This document shows positions 1 to 10,019 of a stretch of 64,000 bases of DNA, in pieces. A model generated the notes under the pieces. The model had not been told where the DNA came from. It saw only the letters and a list, made by a program, of their open reading frames with translations, and ran no database searches. This stretch comes from Hyphomicrobiaceae bacterium. Lineage in GTDB: Bacteria > Pseudomonadota > Alphaproteobacteria > Rhizobiales > Hyphomicrobiaceae. Each line of letters starts with the position of its first letter. Position 1 is the first letter of the stretch. Position numbers and translations under genes: made by a program. Location: positions 34,019 through 98,018 of the forward strand of contig JBJXDX010000157.1 in the NCBI GenBank assembly GCA_046154585.1, in the 5' to 3' direction.

Positions 1-372
1 AAGCAGTGCTGCGAGAAGCTGTTGTCGGCCGAGGGACAGGGGCCGCATGTGGCGCCCGACAAGAAAGTGGTGCCGCCCAAGCGGGGCGAGATGAAGCGCT
101 CCATGGAAGCGCTGATCCATCACTTCAAGCTCTACACCGAGGGCTTCCACGTGCCCGAGGGCGAGGTGTATGCCTGCGTGGAAGCGCCCAAGGGCGAATT
201 CGGCGTGTATCTGGTGTCGGACGGGTCCAACAAGCCCTATCGCTGCAAGATCCGCGCGCCCGGGTTCGCCCACCTGCAGGCCATGGACCACATGAACCGC
301 GGCCACATGCTGGCCGATGTCTCCGCGATCCTGGGATCACTGGACGTGGTGTTCGGCGAGATTGACCGGTGA
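1..372 (+). CDS. nuoD: NADH-quinone oxidoreductase subunit D, C-terminal part (5'-truncated by window edge)
   Basis: Translation ...[72 protein letters not shown]... matches the conserved NuoD/Nqo4 C-terminus; stop at 372. Confidence 0.9.
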   Translation, partial: KQCCEKLLSAEGQGPHVAPDKKVVPPKRGEMKRSMEALIHHFKLYTEGFHVPEGEVYACVEAPKGEFGVYLVSDGSNKPYRCKIRAPGFAHLQAMDHMNRGHMLADVSAILGSLDVVFGEIDR

Positions 373-383
373 GATGAGCACCT

Positions 384-995
384 ATGGCCCCGCGCAGACT
401 TGATCCCGACCAGCCCGCCACCTTCGCCTTCACGCCCGAGAACCTGACCTGGGCCAAGGCGACCATTGCCAACTACCCCGATGGCAAGCAGGCCTCGGCG
501 GTGATTCCGCTGCTGTGGCGGGCGCAGGAGCAGCATGCCAACTGGCTGCCGGAGCCCGCCATTCGCCTCGTGGCCGATATGCTGGGCATGGCCTATATCC
601 GCGTGTACGAGATCGCCACGTTCTACACGATGTTTCAGCTCTCGCCGGTGGGGAAGAAGGCGCACGTGCAGGTGTGCCATACGACGCCGTGCATGCTGCG
701 CGGGTCCGATGACCTGAAGGAGGTGTGCCAGCGCCTGATCCATCATGATCCGCATCACCTCTCGGCCGACGGCGATTTCTCCTGGGAGCCGGTGGAGTGC
801 CTTGGCTCCTGCGCCAACGCGCCGATGGTGCAGATCTTCAGCGACACCTACGAGGACCTGACGCCGGAGTCGTTTGAAAAACTACTCGAGGCCTTCAAGC
901 GCGGCACGCCGCCCAAGCCCGGCTCGCAGACGGGCCGGCAGGCGTCCTGCCCGGCGGGTGGCCCGACAACACTGAAGGATTTTGTGAAGGCCTGA
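384..995 (+). CDS. nuoE: NADH-quinone oxidoreductase subunit E (24 kDa, 2Fe-2S)
   Basis: 203-aa ORF with thioredoxin-like NuoE motifs (CHTTPC...CLGSCANAP); immediately follows nuoD. Confidence 0.9.
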   Translation: MAPRRLDPDQPATFAFTPENLTWAKATIANYPDGKQASAVIPLLWRAQEQHANWLPEPAIRLVADMLGMAYIRVYEIATFYTMFQLSPVGKKAHVQVCHTTPCMLRGSDDLKEVCQRLIHHDPHHLSADGDFSWEPVECLGSCANAPMVQIFSDTYEDLTPESFEKLLEAFKRGTPPKPGSQTGRQASCPAGGPTTLKDFVKA

Positions 996-1040
996 TTTGA
1001 TGGCTCCGCGGACAGGAGCCGAGCAAGAAGAACGCAGCCC

Positions 1041-2324
1041 ATGCTCGACGACACGGATCGCATCTTCACGAACATCTACGGCTTCCAGGATTGGAAGCTC
1101 GCCGGCGCGCGCAAGCGGGGCACCTGGGACAACACCAAGGCGCTGATCGACAAGGGCCACGACTGGATCATCAACGAGGTGAAGGCGTCTGGCCTGCGCG
1201 GCCGCGGCGGCGCCGGCTTCCCGACGGGGCTCAAGTGGTCGTTCATGCCCAAGAGCGATCCGCGGCCGTCGTATCTGGTCGTCAACGCGGACGAGTCGGA
1301 GCCCGGCTCGTGCAAGGACCGCGAGATCATGCGGCACGAGCCGCACCTGTTCCTCGAAGGTTGCCTCGTCGCCAGCTACGCCATGCGCGCGCATGTCTGC
1401 TACATCTACGTGCGCGGCGAGGTCATCCGCGAGCGCGAGCACCTGCAGGCGGCGATCGACGAGGCCTATGCGGCCAAGCTGATAGGCAAGGACAACGTGC
1501 ACGGCTGGGACTTCGAGTGCTACGTGCATCACGGTGCCGGCGCCTACATCTGCGGCGAGGAGACGGCGCTACTCGAAAGCCTCGAAGGCAAGAAGGGCCA
1601 GCCGCGCCTGAAGCCGCCGTTCCCGGCCAACTCGGGCCTCTACGGCGCGCCGACGACTGTCAACAACGTCGAGAGCATCGCCGTGGCGCCGACCATTTTG
1701 CGGCGCGGAGCGACGTGGTTTGCCGGCATCGGCAAGCTCAATAACACCGGCACCAAACTGTTCCAGATCTCTGGCCACGTGGAAAGGCCCTGCGTGGTGG
1801 AGGACGCCATGGGCGTGCCGCTGCGCGAGCTGATCGAGCGCCATGCGGGCGGCGTGCGCGGCGGCTGGGACAATCTGCTGGCGGTTATCCCGGGCGGCTC
1901 GTCGATGCCGCTGCTGCCGGCCGATCAGTGCCGGGACCTGACCATGGACTTCGACAGCCTGGTCAAGCTCAAGTCGGGGCTCGGCACGGCGGCGATCATC
2001 GTCATGGACAAGTCCACGGACATCGTGAAGGCCATCGCCCGCATCGCGCATTTCTACAAGCACGAGAGCTGCGGCCAGTGCACGCCGTGCCGCGAAGGCA
2101 CCGGCTGGATGTGGCGTGTGCTGGAGCGTATGGCGATCGGGGCTGCGAGCAAACGCGAGATCGATCTGCTGTTCGACGTGTCCAAGCAGATCGAAGGACA
2201 CACCATTTGCGCGCTGGGCGATGCGGCGGCGTGGCCCGTGCAGGGCCTGTTGCGCAATTTCCGCGGCGAGATTGAGGCGCGCATCGATCGCTATCAGGCC
2301 GCCCCGCGCCAAGCGGCGGAGTAG
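1041..2324 (+). CDS. nuoF: NADH-quinone oxidoreductase subunit F (51 kDa, FMN/NADH-binding)
   Basis: 427 aa; [19 protein letters not shown] motif; 4Fe-4S Cys cluster [12 protein letters not shown]. Confidence 0.93.
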   Translation: MLDDTDRIFTNIYGFQDWKLAGARKRGTWDNTKALIDKGHDWIINEVKASGLRGRGGAGFPTGLKWSFMPKSDPRPSYLVVNADESEPGSCKDREIMRHEPHLFLEGCLVASYAMRAHVCYIYVRGEVIREREHLQAAIDEAYAAKLIGKDNVHGWDFECYVHHGAGAYICGEETALLESLEGKKGQPRLKPPFPANSGLYGAPTTVNNVESIAVAPTILRRGATWFAGIGKLNNTGTKLFQISGHVERPCVVEDAMGVPLRELIERHAGGVRGGWDNLLAVIPGGSSMPLLPADQCRDLTMDFDSLVKLKSGLGTAAIIVMDKSTDIVKAIARIAHFYKHESCGQCTPCREGTGWMWRVLERMAIGAASKREIDLLFDVSKQIEGHTICALGDAAAWPVQGLLRNFRGEIEARIDRYQAAPRQAAE

Positions 2325-2359
2325 GCCGCGCCGTTTCCTGCATGGTGTTGGAGCGCCGG

Positions 2360-3391
2360 ATGTCGCAGCAGTTCGCCTCGGACAACAATGCCGGCATCTG
2401 CCCCGCGGCGTTCGCGGCGCTGATCGAGGCCAATGCGGCCGGCCATGCCGTGGGCTATGGCGACGATGCCTGGACCGCCAAGGCGAAAGAGGCGATCCGC
2501 GCGCTGTTCGAGGCGCCGTCTGCCGAGGTGTTCTTCGTCTTCAATGGCACGGCCGCCAATGCGCTGGCGCTGGCGCAGATTTGCAAGCCTTACAATTCCG
2601 TCATCGCGCATGCCGCCTCACATCTCGACAACGACGAGGCGGGCGCCTGCTCCTTTTTCAGCGGCGGCGCGACGCTGATGACGGCTGACACGCCGCTCGG
2701 CAAGCTGACGCCCGAGGCGGTGGAGCGTCTGGTGGCGCGCTTTTCAGGCGTCCATCACGTCAAGGCGCGAGCGGTGTCGATCACGCAGTCGACGGAGATG
2801 GGGACGGTCTACACTCTTGCCGAGTTTGCCGAAGTGTGCGGCGTTGCGCGGCGCAACGGCTTGAAGGTGCACATGGATGGCGCGCGGCTCGCCAATGCCA
2901 TCGCGACGCTCGGATGCACTCCTGCCGAAGCAGTGCGGGGCGTCGATGTGTTGTCGTTCGGTGGCACGAAAAATGGCCTGGGCTTCGGTGAAGCTGTAGT
3001 GTTCTTCGATGCGTCGCTGGCGGAAGAGTTCGACTGGCGGGTCAAGCAGGCGGGGCAGCTCAACTCGAAGATGCGCCTCGCCACCGCGCCGTGGCTCGGG
3101 CTGCTGGGCAATGGCGTCTGGCTCGCCAACGCGCGGCATGCCAACCAGATGGCGTTGCGGCTGCGTGACGGCATCGGCGGCCTGAAGGGCGTGAAGATCA
3201 TGTTTCCGGTGGAAGCCAACGCGGTGTTCGCCGACATCGATCCGAAGGTGCAGGCAGCGCTGCGGGCGAAGGGCTGGACATTCTACACCTTCCTCGGCGC
3301 GACAGGCTGCCGGCTCATGTGCGCCTGGGATACGCAACCCGAGACCGTTGACCACTTGGTGGGGGATTTCGCAGCGGCGGCCAAAGGTTAG
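2360..3391 (+). CDS. ltaE: low-specificity L-threonine aldolase (beta-eliminating lyase family, PLP)
   Basis: N-terminus MSQQFASDNNAG... and GGTKNG lysine region typical of threonine aldolases; start placed at the internal ATG (ORF track starts at 2342). Confidence 0.75.
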   Translation: MSQQFASDNNAGICPAAFAALIEANAAGHAVGYGDDAWTAKAKEAIRALFEAPSAEVFFVFNGTAANALALAQICKPYNSVIAHAASHLDNDEAGACSFFSGGATLMTADTPLGKLTPEAVERLVARFSGVHHVKARAVSITQSTEMGTVYTLAEFAEVCGVARRNGLKVHMDGARLANAIATLGCTPAEAVRGVDVLSFGGTKNGLGFGEAVVFFDASLAEEFDWRVKQAGQLNSKMRLATAPWLGLLGNGVWLANARHANQMALRLRDGIGGLKGVKIMFPVEANAVFADIDPKVQAALRAKGWTFYTFLGATGCRLMCAWDTQPETVDHLVGDFAAAAKG

Positions 3392-4311
3392 ATGTTGCGT
3401 TTGGCCGGCAGGCGCGGCCGCGAAAAGATCCGGCCATCGATGACCAGCAGGGCAAGGCCGATCACCAGCGCGCCGATGATGTGGCGCATCTCCAGCACCT
3501 CGCCGAGCAGCGATACGCCAAGGCCGATGCCGGTGATCGGGATCAGCAGCGTCGTCAGCATGACGTTGGTGGGTCCCGAGACCGCCAAGATGCGGAAGAA
3601 GATCACGTAGGCGAGCGAGGTGGAGAGCGCCGCCAGCCCGATCAATGCCAGCACGGTCTGTGTAGACGGCCAAGGCAGCGTCCACGGCTGGTCGATGAAG
3701 ATGGCGAGGATACTCAGGATCAGGCTCGAGATCATGAGCTGACCGGTGGCTGACACAAGCGGTGGAGTGCCGCGCAGGCGTCGTCCCCACTGGCCGGCGA
3801 GGCCGTAGCTGAGAGGCCCGAGGAGGCAGAAGATGACTCCGGCCAACGTGGCGCCGCCGGCGTCAAGGCGCTGCAGGCCGATGAGGATGGCGACGCCGAC
3901 GACGCCCAGCAGCACGCCCGCGAGCTTGCGGGCACTGAGCTTTTCATCTGAGAAGACGTGTGCGGCGATGAGCGCGAACAGCGGCGTGGTGGCGTTCAGC
4001 ACCGAGGCGATGCCGCTGGCCACCGTTTTCTGCCCCATGACGATGAAGCAGAACGGCAGGACGTTGTTAAGGACGCTCATGCCGGCGAAGGGCATCCATT
4101 CGCGCGGAGTCCGGGGGAGTTGCAGTCCCACGAAGAAAACGACGGGGAGGAGAAGCGCGGCGGCGAGCGCCACGCGCGCCAGCACGATCGTGAAGACAGG
4201 CAATTCCTTGACCGCAACGCCGACAAAAAAGAACGATCCGCCCCACAGGACGGACAGCGCGATCAGCAGAAGCCATTGCGAGCGGGACATGGACGGGCCT
4301 GTTGGGCGCAA
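3388..4311 (-). CDS. DMT-superfamily (EamA-like) membrane transporter
   Basis: 307 aa, ~10 hydrophobic helices, duplicated EamA-like halves. Confidence 0.7.
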   Translation of the reverse strand: MRPTGPSMSRSQWLLLIALSVLWGGSFFFVGVAVKELPVFTIVLARVALAAALLLPVVFFVGLQLPRTPREWMPFAGMSVLNNVLPFCFIVMGQKTVASGIASVLNATTPLFALIAAHVFSDEKLSARKLAGVLLGVVGVAILIGLQRLDAGGATLAGVIFCLLGPLSYGLAGQWGRRLRGTPPLVSATGQLMISSLILSILAIFIDQPWTLPWPSTQTVLALIGLAALSTSLAYVIFFRILAVSGPTNVMLTTLLIPITGIGLGVSLLGEVLEMRHIIGALVIGLALLVIDGRIFSRPRLPAKRNI

Positions 4312-4436
4312 TGCTAAGGCGCGCCAGTGGCTAGCGCGTCCAACCCGCGAAGCAAACCCGATTCCTGTGTGGACCCAATCTGCAGGCCCTCATCTAGAGA
4401 ACGGAGGTATGTGCCAACTGCAGGCGCCTCGAAGTG

Positions 4437-4709
4437 TTAGCGGCCGTCGATCATCGTCTTGATGTCGGCGGCGACAGCCATGGCTTCGGCGAATTGATTG
4501 GCGTCGCAGTGGCCTTCCATGCGCGTGAGCGCCTCTTCGACTTTGTCGAGCACATCGTCCGCGAGGCTCTTCTCCTCGGCCGCCTGCGCCAGGTCGAACG
4601 CGGATTTCAAGCAGTCGTCCGGCGAGGACGGCACCAGGGCCTGCTGCGCAGCGGCCGGCCCGGCGAGAAGGATCGCGATTGCGGCTACGTAGGCAAAATG
4701 TTTGGTCAT
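4437..4709 (-). CDS. small secreted hypothetical protein (signal peptide)
   Basis: MTKHFAYVAAIAILLAGPAAAQQ signal-like N-terminus; two Cys; start placed at the internal ATG. Confidence 0.45.
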   Translation of the reverse strand: MTKHFAYVAAIAILLAGPAAAQQALVPSSPDDCLKSAFDLAQAAEEKSLADDVLDKVEEALTRMEGHCDANQFAEAMAVAADIKTMIDGR

Positions 4710-4814
4710 CGGCCACCTCGACTCGCTTGGCGCCAGCGGCGCGGGCGCGCCGCGATATGAGCCGAGATTATGGCGCAACCGCGACTGTTCGATGAAGGCA
4801 ATCTGAACAATGTC

Positions 4815-5495
4815 TCAGTCGCTGGCGCGCGCCCTGATGCCGTCAATTGCGCTCTCGAGCTCGCGGTAGTGGCCGATGATCGCGTTGGGCGCAAGATCGG
4901 CGATTGGCACGTCCGTGTAGCCGAAGTCCACAGCGACGATCGGAATGTTCGCGGCCTTGGCCGTGGCGATATCGACGTCGCTGTCTCCGATCATTACTGC
5001 ATGATTGGCGTCTCCCCCCGCGAGGCGGATGGCACCGTAGAGATGATCGGGATGCGGCTTGCAGACGGCGAATGTGTCACGGCCCGCGAGTGCCGCGAAG
5101 CGCGACGTCACGCCGAGAGCATCGAGCAGCTTGCGCGACAGGCCTTCCTGCTTGTTGGTGCACACGGCAAGCCGCGCACCGCGCGCGGACAGGCGATCGA
5201 GCGAGTCCGTGAGGCCCGGGAACAGGTGGCTGCCGACGGCAATGTTGTCGGCGTAGTAGGTTATGAAACGCGAGAACAGGATCTCGAATTCGCCATCGGG
5301 AACATCGTGACCATGAAAGGCCAAGCCCTTTTTGATCATGGCGCGGGCGCCGAAGCTGATGAAGGGGCGGATCTCCTCCGGTGCGACGGGCTCGAGCCCC
5401 CGTGCGGCCAGCGCATGGTTGGTGGCATGAATGAGATCGGGCGCCGTCTCGACCAGTGTGCCGTCGAGGTCGAAGACGATGGTAAGGCCTTTCAT
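4815..5495 (-). CDS. HAD-family hydrolase, phosphoglycolate-phosphatase-like
   Basis: DLDGTLV motif I at the N-terminus, C-terminal GDSDVD motif. Confidence 0.8.
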   Translation of the reverse strand: MKGLTIVFDLDGTLVETAPDLIHATNHALAARGLEPVAPEEIRPFISFGARAMIKKGLAFHGHDVPDGEFEILFSRFITYYADNIAVGSHLFPGLTDSLDRLSARGARLAVCTNKQEGLSRKLLDALGVTSRFAALAGRDTFAVCKPHPDHLYGAIRLAGGDANHAVMIGDSDVDIATAKAANIPIVAVDFGYTDVPIADLAPNAIIGHYRELESAIDGIRARASD

Positions 5496-5673
5496 CGCGT
5501 GGATTTTCCCGATCCGTTTGCGCGCAAGCTATCGGCTTCGCAGGTCCCTGTCACGCCCTCCTCGGCTTGCACCTGCGGCCCAACGGGCCTAGGAATAGGC
5601 CCCAGTATCAGCCTGATCGGCACGGTGCGGCCGAGCCTGGAACCGCACCCTCAACACATTGGCAGGAGGCCCC

Positions 5674-7116
5674 ATGGACAAGAAGGTCGTCACCCTTCTC
5701 AAACGGCAGTGCTACGTCGACGGTCAATGGGTCGGCGAGCCGGTGCTCTCGGTCACGAATCCCGCCACCGGCGCGGAAGTCGCCAAGGTGCCGCTGACGG
5801 ACACGAATGGGACGAAAGCCGCGGTGGCCGCGGCGGAGCGCGCACTTGGGCCGTGGTCGAAGATGTTGGCCAAGGAACGCTCTAATATCCTGCGCCGCTG
5901 GTACAACTTGATGATCGAGCACGCCGACGAGTTGGCGCTGCTGATGACGCAGGAGCAGGGCAAGCCTGTGCCCGAGGCCAAGGGCGAGGTGATGTATGCC
6001 GCCTCGTTCATTGAATTTTTCGCCGAGGAAGCCAAGCGCATCAACGGCGAGACGGTGCCGACGTTCAAGTCGGACGCGCGCGTCGTGTGCATCAGGCAGC
6101 CGGTAGGCGTCGTGGCCGCAATCACGCCGTGGAACTTCCCCGCCGCTATGATAACGCGCAAGGTCGGACCGGCGCTGGCGGTCGGCTGCACGGTGGTGTG
6201 CAAGCCCGCCTCGGAGACGCCGCTGACGGCGCTGGCGCTGGCCGAGCTCGGCGAGCGCGCCGGTATCCCGAAGGGCGTGTTCAACGTCATCACCGGCCGC
6301 GCAAGCGTGATCGGCGCCGAGCTGACCTCCAATCCGGCCGTGCGCATGCTGACGTTCACGGGCTCGACGGAGATCGGCAAGGTGCTGATCGAGCAGTGTG
6401 CCAAGACGGTGAAGAAGGTCGGCATGGAGCTCGGCGGCAATGCGCCGTTCATCGTGTTCGACGACGCGGACCTCGACAAGGCCGTGGTGGGCGCGATGGC
6501 GTCCAAGTATCGCAATGCCGGCCAGACGTGCGTGTGCGCCAACCGTATCTACGTGCAGGACGCCGTCTACGACAAGTTCGCCGAGAAGCTGGCCGTCGAG
6601 GTGAAGAAGCTGAAGGTTGGCGACGGCACGGAAGCGGGCGTCACCACCGGGCCGCTCATCAACAAGGCGGCGGTCGAGAAGGTGGAGGAGCATATCGCCG
6701 ACGCGACCGCCAAGGGCGCCAAGATCATGCTCGGCGGCAAGCGCCACAAGCTCGGCGGCAGCTTCTTCGAGCCAACCGTGCTGACGGGCGTGACGACCGA
6801 CATGAAGGTCGCGCGCGAGGAGACGTTCGGGCCCGTCGCGCCGCTGTTCCGCTTCAAGACCGAAGAAGAAGTCATCAAGCTCGCCAACGACACCGAGTTC
6901 GGGCTGGCGGCCTACTTCTACTCGCGCGACATCGGGCGGGTGTGGCGCGTCGGCGAGGCGCTCGAATACGGCATCGTCGGCATCAACGAGGGCATCATCT
7001 CGTCGGAGGTCGTGCCGTTCGGCGGCGTGAAGGAATCGGGCCTCGGCCGCGAAGGCTCCCAGCACGGCGTCGAGGAATTTCTCGAGATCAAGTACATGCT
7101 GATGGGTGGCATCTGA
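5674..7116 (+). CDS. gabD: NAD(P)-dependent succinate-semialdehyde dehydrogenase
   Basis: Aldehyde dehydrogenase catalytic residues (ELGGNAP, GQTCVCANR); strong similarity pattern to GabD/SSADH. Confidence 0.85.
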   Translation: MDKKVVTLLKRQCYVDGQWVGEPVLSVTNPATGAEVAKVPLTDTNGTKAAVAAAERALGPWSKMLAKERSNILRRWYNLMIEHADELALLMTQEQGKPVPEAKGEVMYAASFIEFFAEEAKRINGETVPTFKSDARVVCIRQPVGVVAAITPWNFPAAMITRKVGPALAVGCTVVCKPASETPLTALALAELGERAGIPKGVFNVITGRASVIGAELTSNPAVRMLTFTGSTEIGKVLIEQCAKTVKKVGMELGGNAPFIVFDDADLDKAVVGAMASKYRNAGQTCVCANRIYVQDAVYDKFAEKLAVEVKKLKVGDGTEAGVTTGPLINKAAVEKVEEHIADATAKGAKIMLGGKRHKLGGSFFEPTVLTGVTTDMKVAREETFGPVAPLFRFKTEEEVIKLANDTEFGLAAYFYSRDIGRVWRVGEALEYGIVGINEGIISSEVVPFGGVKESGLGREGSQHGVEEFLEIKYMLMGGI

Positions 7117-7130
7117 GCGTCCGATTGGCC

Positions 7131-7166
7131 CATCACCCGATTCTCGGATCGGGTGATGTTGCTTCA
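7131..7166 (+). terminator. hairpin CATCACCCGAT-N6-ATCGGGTGATG followed by TTGCTTC; putative gabD terminator
   Basis: perfect 11-bp inverted repeat 15 nt after the gabD stop. Confidence 0.5.
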
Positions 7167-7195
7167 TGGATCAGCATCTTAGGGGACCGTGCCGC

Positions 7196-7915
7196 ATGAG
7201 CGCTGACGACTTCAAGCGGCAGGCGGCCGCGAAGGCGCTCGAGTTCGTCGAGCCCGGCATGAAGCTCGGGCTCGGCACGGGATCGACGGCGAAGCACTTC
7301 GTCGATCTGCTGGGCGCGCGCGTCAAAGCTGGGATGAAGGTGCTGTGCGTGCCGACGTCGGAGGCGACGCGGCTGCAGGCGGCGGCGCTGGGCGTGCCGC
7401 TCGCGTCGCTCGACGATGTGCTGCAGCTCGATCTCACGGTCGATGGCGCCGACGAGTTCGACAGCGATCTGCGGCTTATCAAGGGTGGCGGCGGTGCGCT
7501 GCTGCGCGAGAAGATCGTAGCGGCCGCCTCGGACCGCATGATCGTCATCGCGGATGCCTCCAAGCGCGTGCGCACCCTCGGGGCCTTTCCCCTGCCTGTC
7601 GAGGTGGTGCAGTTCGGCGCCAAGGCCACGCGCGCCATGATCGAGGAGCTGGCGGCGGACGCCGGGTGCGCCGGCGAGATCAGCCTGCGCCTCAAGGCCG
7701 ACGGTGCGCCGTTCGTGACGGATGGCGGGAACTACATCTACGATTGCGCTTTCGGGAGCATCGAAGAGCCCGAGATGCTCGACGAGGCGTTGAAAGTCGC
7801 TCCCGGCGTGGTGGAGCACGGGCTTTTCCTGGGGCTGGCGGACCTCGCCATCATCGGATCGCCGGCAGGTGTTGAGGTGATCGAGGCGGGATACGATGCG
7901 GACGACGAGGCTTAG
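7196..7915 (+). CDS. rpiA: ribose-5-phosphate isomerase A
   Basis: GLGTGSTA and DGADE motifs; start placed at MSADDF. Confidence 0.88.
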   Translation: MSADDFKRQAAAKALEFVEPGMKLGLGTGSTAKHFVDLLGARVKAGMKVLCVPTSEATRLQAAALGVPLASLDDVLQLDLTVDGADEFDSDLRLIKGGGGALLREKIVAAASDRMIVIADASKRVRTLGAFPLPVEVVQFGAKATRAMIEELAADAGCAGEISLRLKADGAPFVTDGGNYIYDCAFGSIEEPEMLDEALKVAPGVVEHGLFLGLADLAIIGSPAGVEVIEAGYDADDEA

Positions 7916-8042
7916 GCCGCGCTAGTCAGGCCTGCATTACGGGAACTCTGCACCGCCGGCCGGGAGTCGCGGTGGTGTAAGATTTCTGGCATTCTTGCCC
8001 GTCGTTTTCCGCCCGTTCCGGGCAAGCCTCATCGAGGATCCC

Positions 8043-8549
8043 ATGCTCACCCGACTTCAGGCGCTCGCCATCCTGCTCGGCGCAGTGTTGATGCTCGCGC
8101 CGGCCGGTTCCGCATGGGCCCAGGACGCCCAGCAACAGCAGCGGGTGACGGCCGCGCAGGAGCTGATGGTGGCGGCGGGCTCGGCCAAGCAGTTCGACCA
8201 GTTCATGCCGCTCATGGCGGCCAACATGACCAAGGCCTTCGTCGCGCTGGCGCCGCACGCCGAAAAGCAGATCCAGGAAGTGATGAGCCAGCTGCTGGAC
8301 CGCTTCTCCCAACGCAAGGGCGAACTCATCGACCAGATCGCGAGCCTGTATGCGGAGAAGCTGACGCTCGAGGAGCTGCAGGAGCTGACGCGCTTCTATT
8401 CGTCGGGCGTCGGCGCCAAGTTCATCGCCATGCTGCCCGAGTTGATGCAGCGCTCGATGCTGCTGGGTCAGCGCTGGGGCGAGGCGATCGGACGCGAGAT
8501 CGAAGCCGAGGCGCGCAGCGAGCTCAAAAAGCGTGGCATCAATATCTGA
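8043..8549 (+). CDS. secreted hypothetical protein (DUF2059-like)
   Basis: signal peptide MLTRLQALAILLGAVLMLAPAGSAWAQ; helical protein; family assignment from memory only. Confidence 0.5.
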   Translation: MLTRLQALAILLGAVLMLAPAGSAWAQDAQQQQRVTAAQELMVAAGSAKQFDQFMPLMAANMTKAFVALAPHAEKQIQEVMSQLLDRFSQRKGELIDQIASLYAEKLTLEELQELTRFYSSGVGAKFIAMLPELMQRSMLLGQRWGEAIGREIEAEARSELKKRGINI

Positions 8550-8564
8550 GCGTGAGGAACACCC

Positions 8565-9944
8565 TTGATGACAGCGTACGACTATGACCTCTTCGTCATC
8601 GGCGGAGGGTCGGGTGGCGTGCGGGCCGCGCGCATCGCCGCCGGGCACGGTGCGAAAGTGGCGCTGGCCGAAGAATATCGCATGGGCGGGACGTGTGTGA
8701 TCCGCGGCTGCGTCCCCAAGAAGCTGCTGGTGTACGCGAGCCGCTTTCGCGACGAGTTCGAGGACGCGGCGGGCTTCGGCTGGAGCGTCGGCGAGAGCAC
8801 GTTCGACTGGCCGTCGCTGATCGCCAACAAGTACCGCGAGATCGCGCGGCTCGAGGGAAACTACCTCAATGTGCTGACGCGGCCGGGTGTGGAGATTTTC
8901 GACACGCGCGCGGTGCTGAAAGGGCCGCACGAGGTGCATCTGGCGAAGCCGGACCGGACGGTGACGGCCCGCACGGTTCTGATTGCCACGGGCGGCTGGC
9001 CGGTCGTGGACCACAAGGTGGCGGGCTCCGAGCACCTGATTACCTCCAACGAGGCGTTCCATCTGCCCGAATTGCCCAAGCGTATCGCCATCGTGGGCGG
9101 TGGTTATATCGCCATCGAGTTTGCCGGCATTTTCGCGGGGCTGGGCGTCGAGACGACGCTGGTGTATCGCGGCGAGAAGATCCTGCGCGGCTTCGACGAG
9201 GACCTGCGCGACGACCTGACCAAGGAATACCGGCAGCGCGGCATTCGCGTCGTGACGGGCAAGGTCATCGCCAAGGTGGAGAAGACGGATCGCGGCCTCG
9301 TCGGAACGTACAGCGACGGCGAGGCCATTGCTGCCGATCGCATCATGGTGGCGACGGGGCGGGCTCCCAATACAGCGGGCATCGGGCTCGATACGGCCGG
9401 TGTGGCGCTGGGTCAGCGCGGCGAGATCAAGGTCGATGCGGCGTCGCAGAGCAGCGTGCCGAGCATATATGCCATCGGCGATGTGACCGACCGCGTGAAC
9501 CTGACGCCGGTCGCCATCCGCGAGGGCCATGCCTTCGCCGACAGCCGGTTCGGCAAGAGGACGTGGACGGTTGATCATGACCTGATCCCCACCGGCGTGT
9601 TATCGACGCCCGAGATCGGGACGGTCGGCCTGCCCGAGCATGAGGCGGCGAAACGGTATGGGGCGCTGGATCTCTACAAGGCGCGGTTCATCCCATTGAA
9701 GGGCACGCTCTCGGGCCGCAAGGAGCGGACGCTGCTGAAGCTCGTCGTCGATGCGGCGTCGCAGAAGGTGGTGGGCTGTCACATTCTCGGCCCCGACGCC
9801 GCCGAGATCGTGCAGATGGCGGCCATTGCCATGCGCATGGGCGCGACCAAGGCCGATTTCGACGCCACCATGGCGCTGCATCCGACCATGGCCGAAGAGC
9901 TGGTGACCATGCGCGAGAAGTGGGTGCCGCCGGCGGCGGAGTAG
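8565..9944 (+). CDS. gor: glutathione-disulfide reductase
   Basis: GGGSGG FAD motif, redox-active CVIRGCVPKK, second dinucleotide-binding motif, C-terminal HPT motif. Confidence 0.9.
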   Translation: MMTAYDYDLFVIGGGSGGVRAARIAAGHGAKVALAEEYRMGGTCVIRGCVPKKLLVYASRFRDEFEDAAGFGWSVGESTFDWPSLIANKYREIARLEGNYLNVLTRPGVEIFDTRAVLKGPHEVHLAKPDRTVTARTVLIATGGWPVVDHKVAGSEHLITSNEAFHLPELPKRIAIVGGGYIAIEFAGIFAGLGVETTLVYRGEKILRGFDEDLRDDLTKEYRQRGIRVVTGKVIAKVEKTDRGLVGTYSDGEAIAADRIMVATGRAPNTAGIGLDTAGVALGQRGEIKVDAASQSSVPSIYAIGDVTDRVNLTPVAIREGHAFADSRFGKRTWTVDHDLIPTGVLSTPEIGTVGLPEHEAAKRYGALDLYKARFIPLKGTLSGRKERTLLKLVVDAASQKVVGCHILGPDAAEIVQMAAIAMRMGATKADFDATMALHPTMAEELVTMREKWVPPAAE

Positions 9945-9988
9945 CCGACAGTTTGCCAGTTTGCGCCCTGCGCCTTGATCGGTGCTGA

Positions 9989-10008
9989 CCGACACCTTAA
10001 GGGTGTCG
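9989..10008 (+). terminator. hairpin CCGACACC-TTAAG-GGTGTCGG downstream of gor
   Basis: perfect 8-bp stem. Confidence 0.4.
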
Positions 10009-10019
10009 GCAGTTGCTTG

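Noticed and set aside
5608-7167. 519-aa minus-strand ORF antisense to gabD; similar long antisense ORFs at 7926..9578, 13674..15275, 15029..16075, 23063..24544, 27685..28704, 35653..36813, 37154..38155, 40645..41679, 41868..43826, 49180..50892, 59060..60691 and 62538..63449
   Set aside because: They have Arg/Ala/Gly/Pro-rich low-complexity translations typical of GC-rich antisense frames. Each fully overlaps a well-supported conserved gene on the other strand. None has a recognisable motif.
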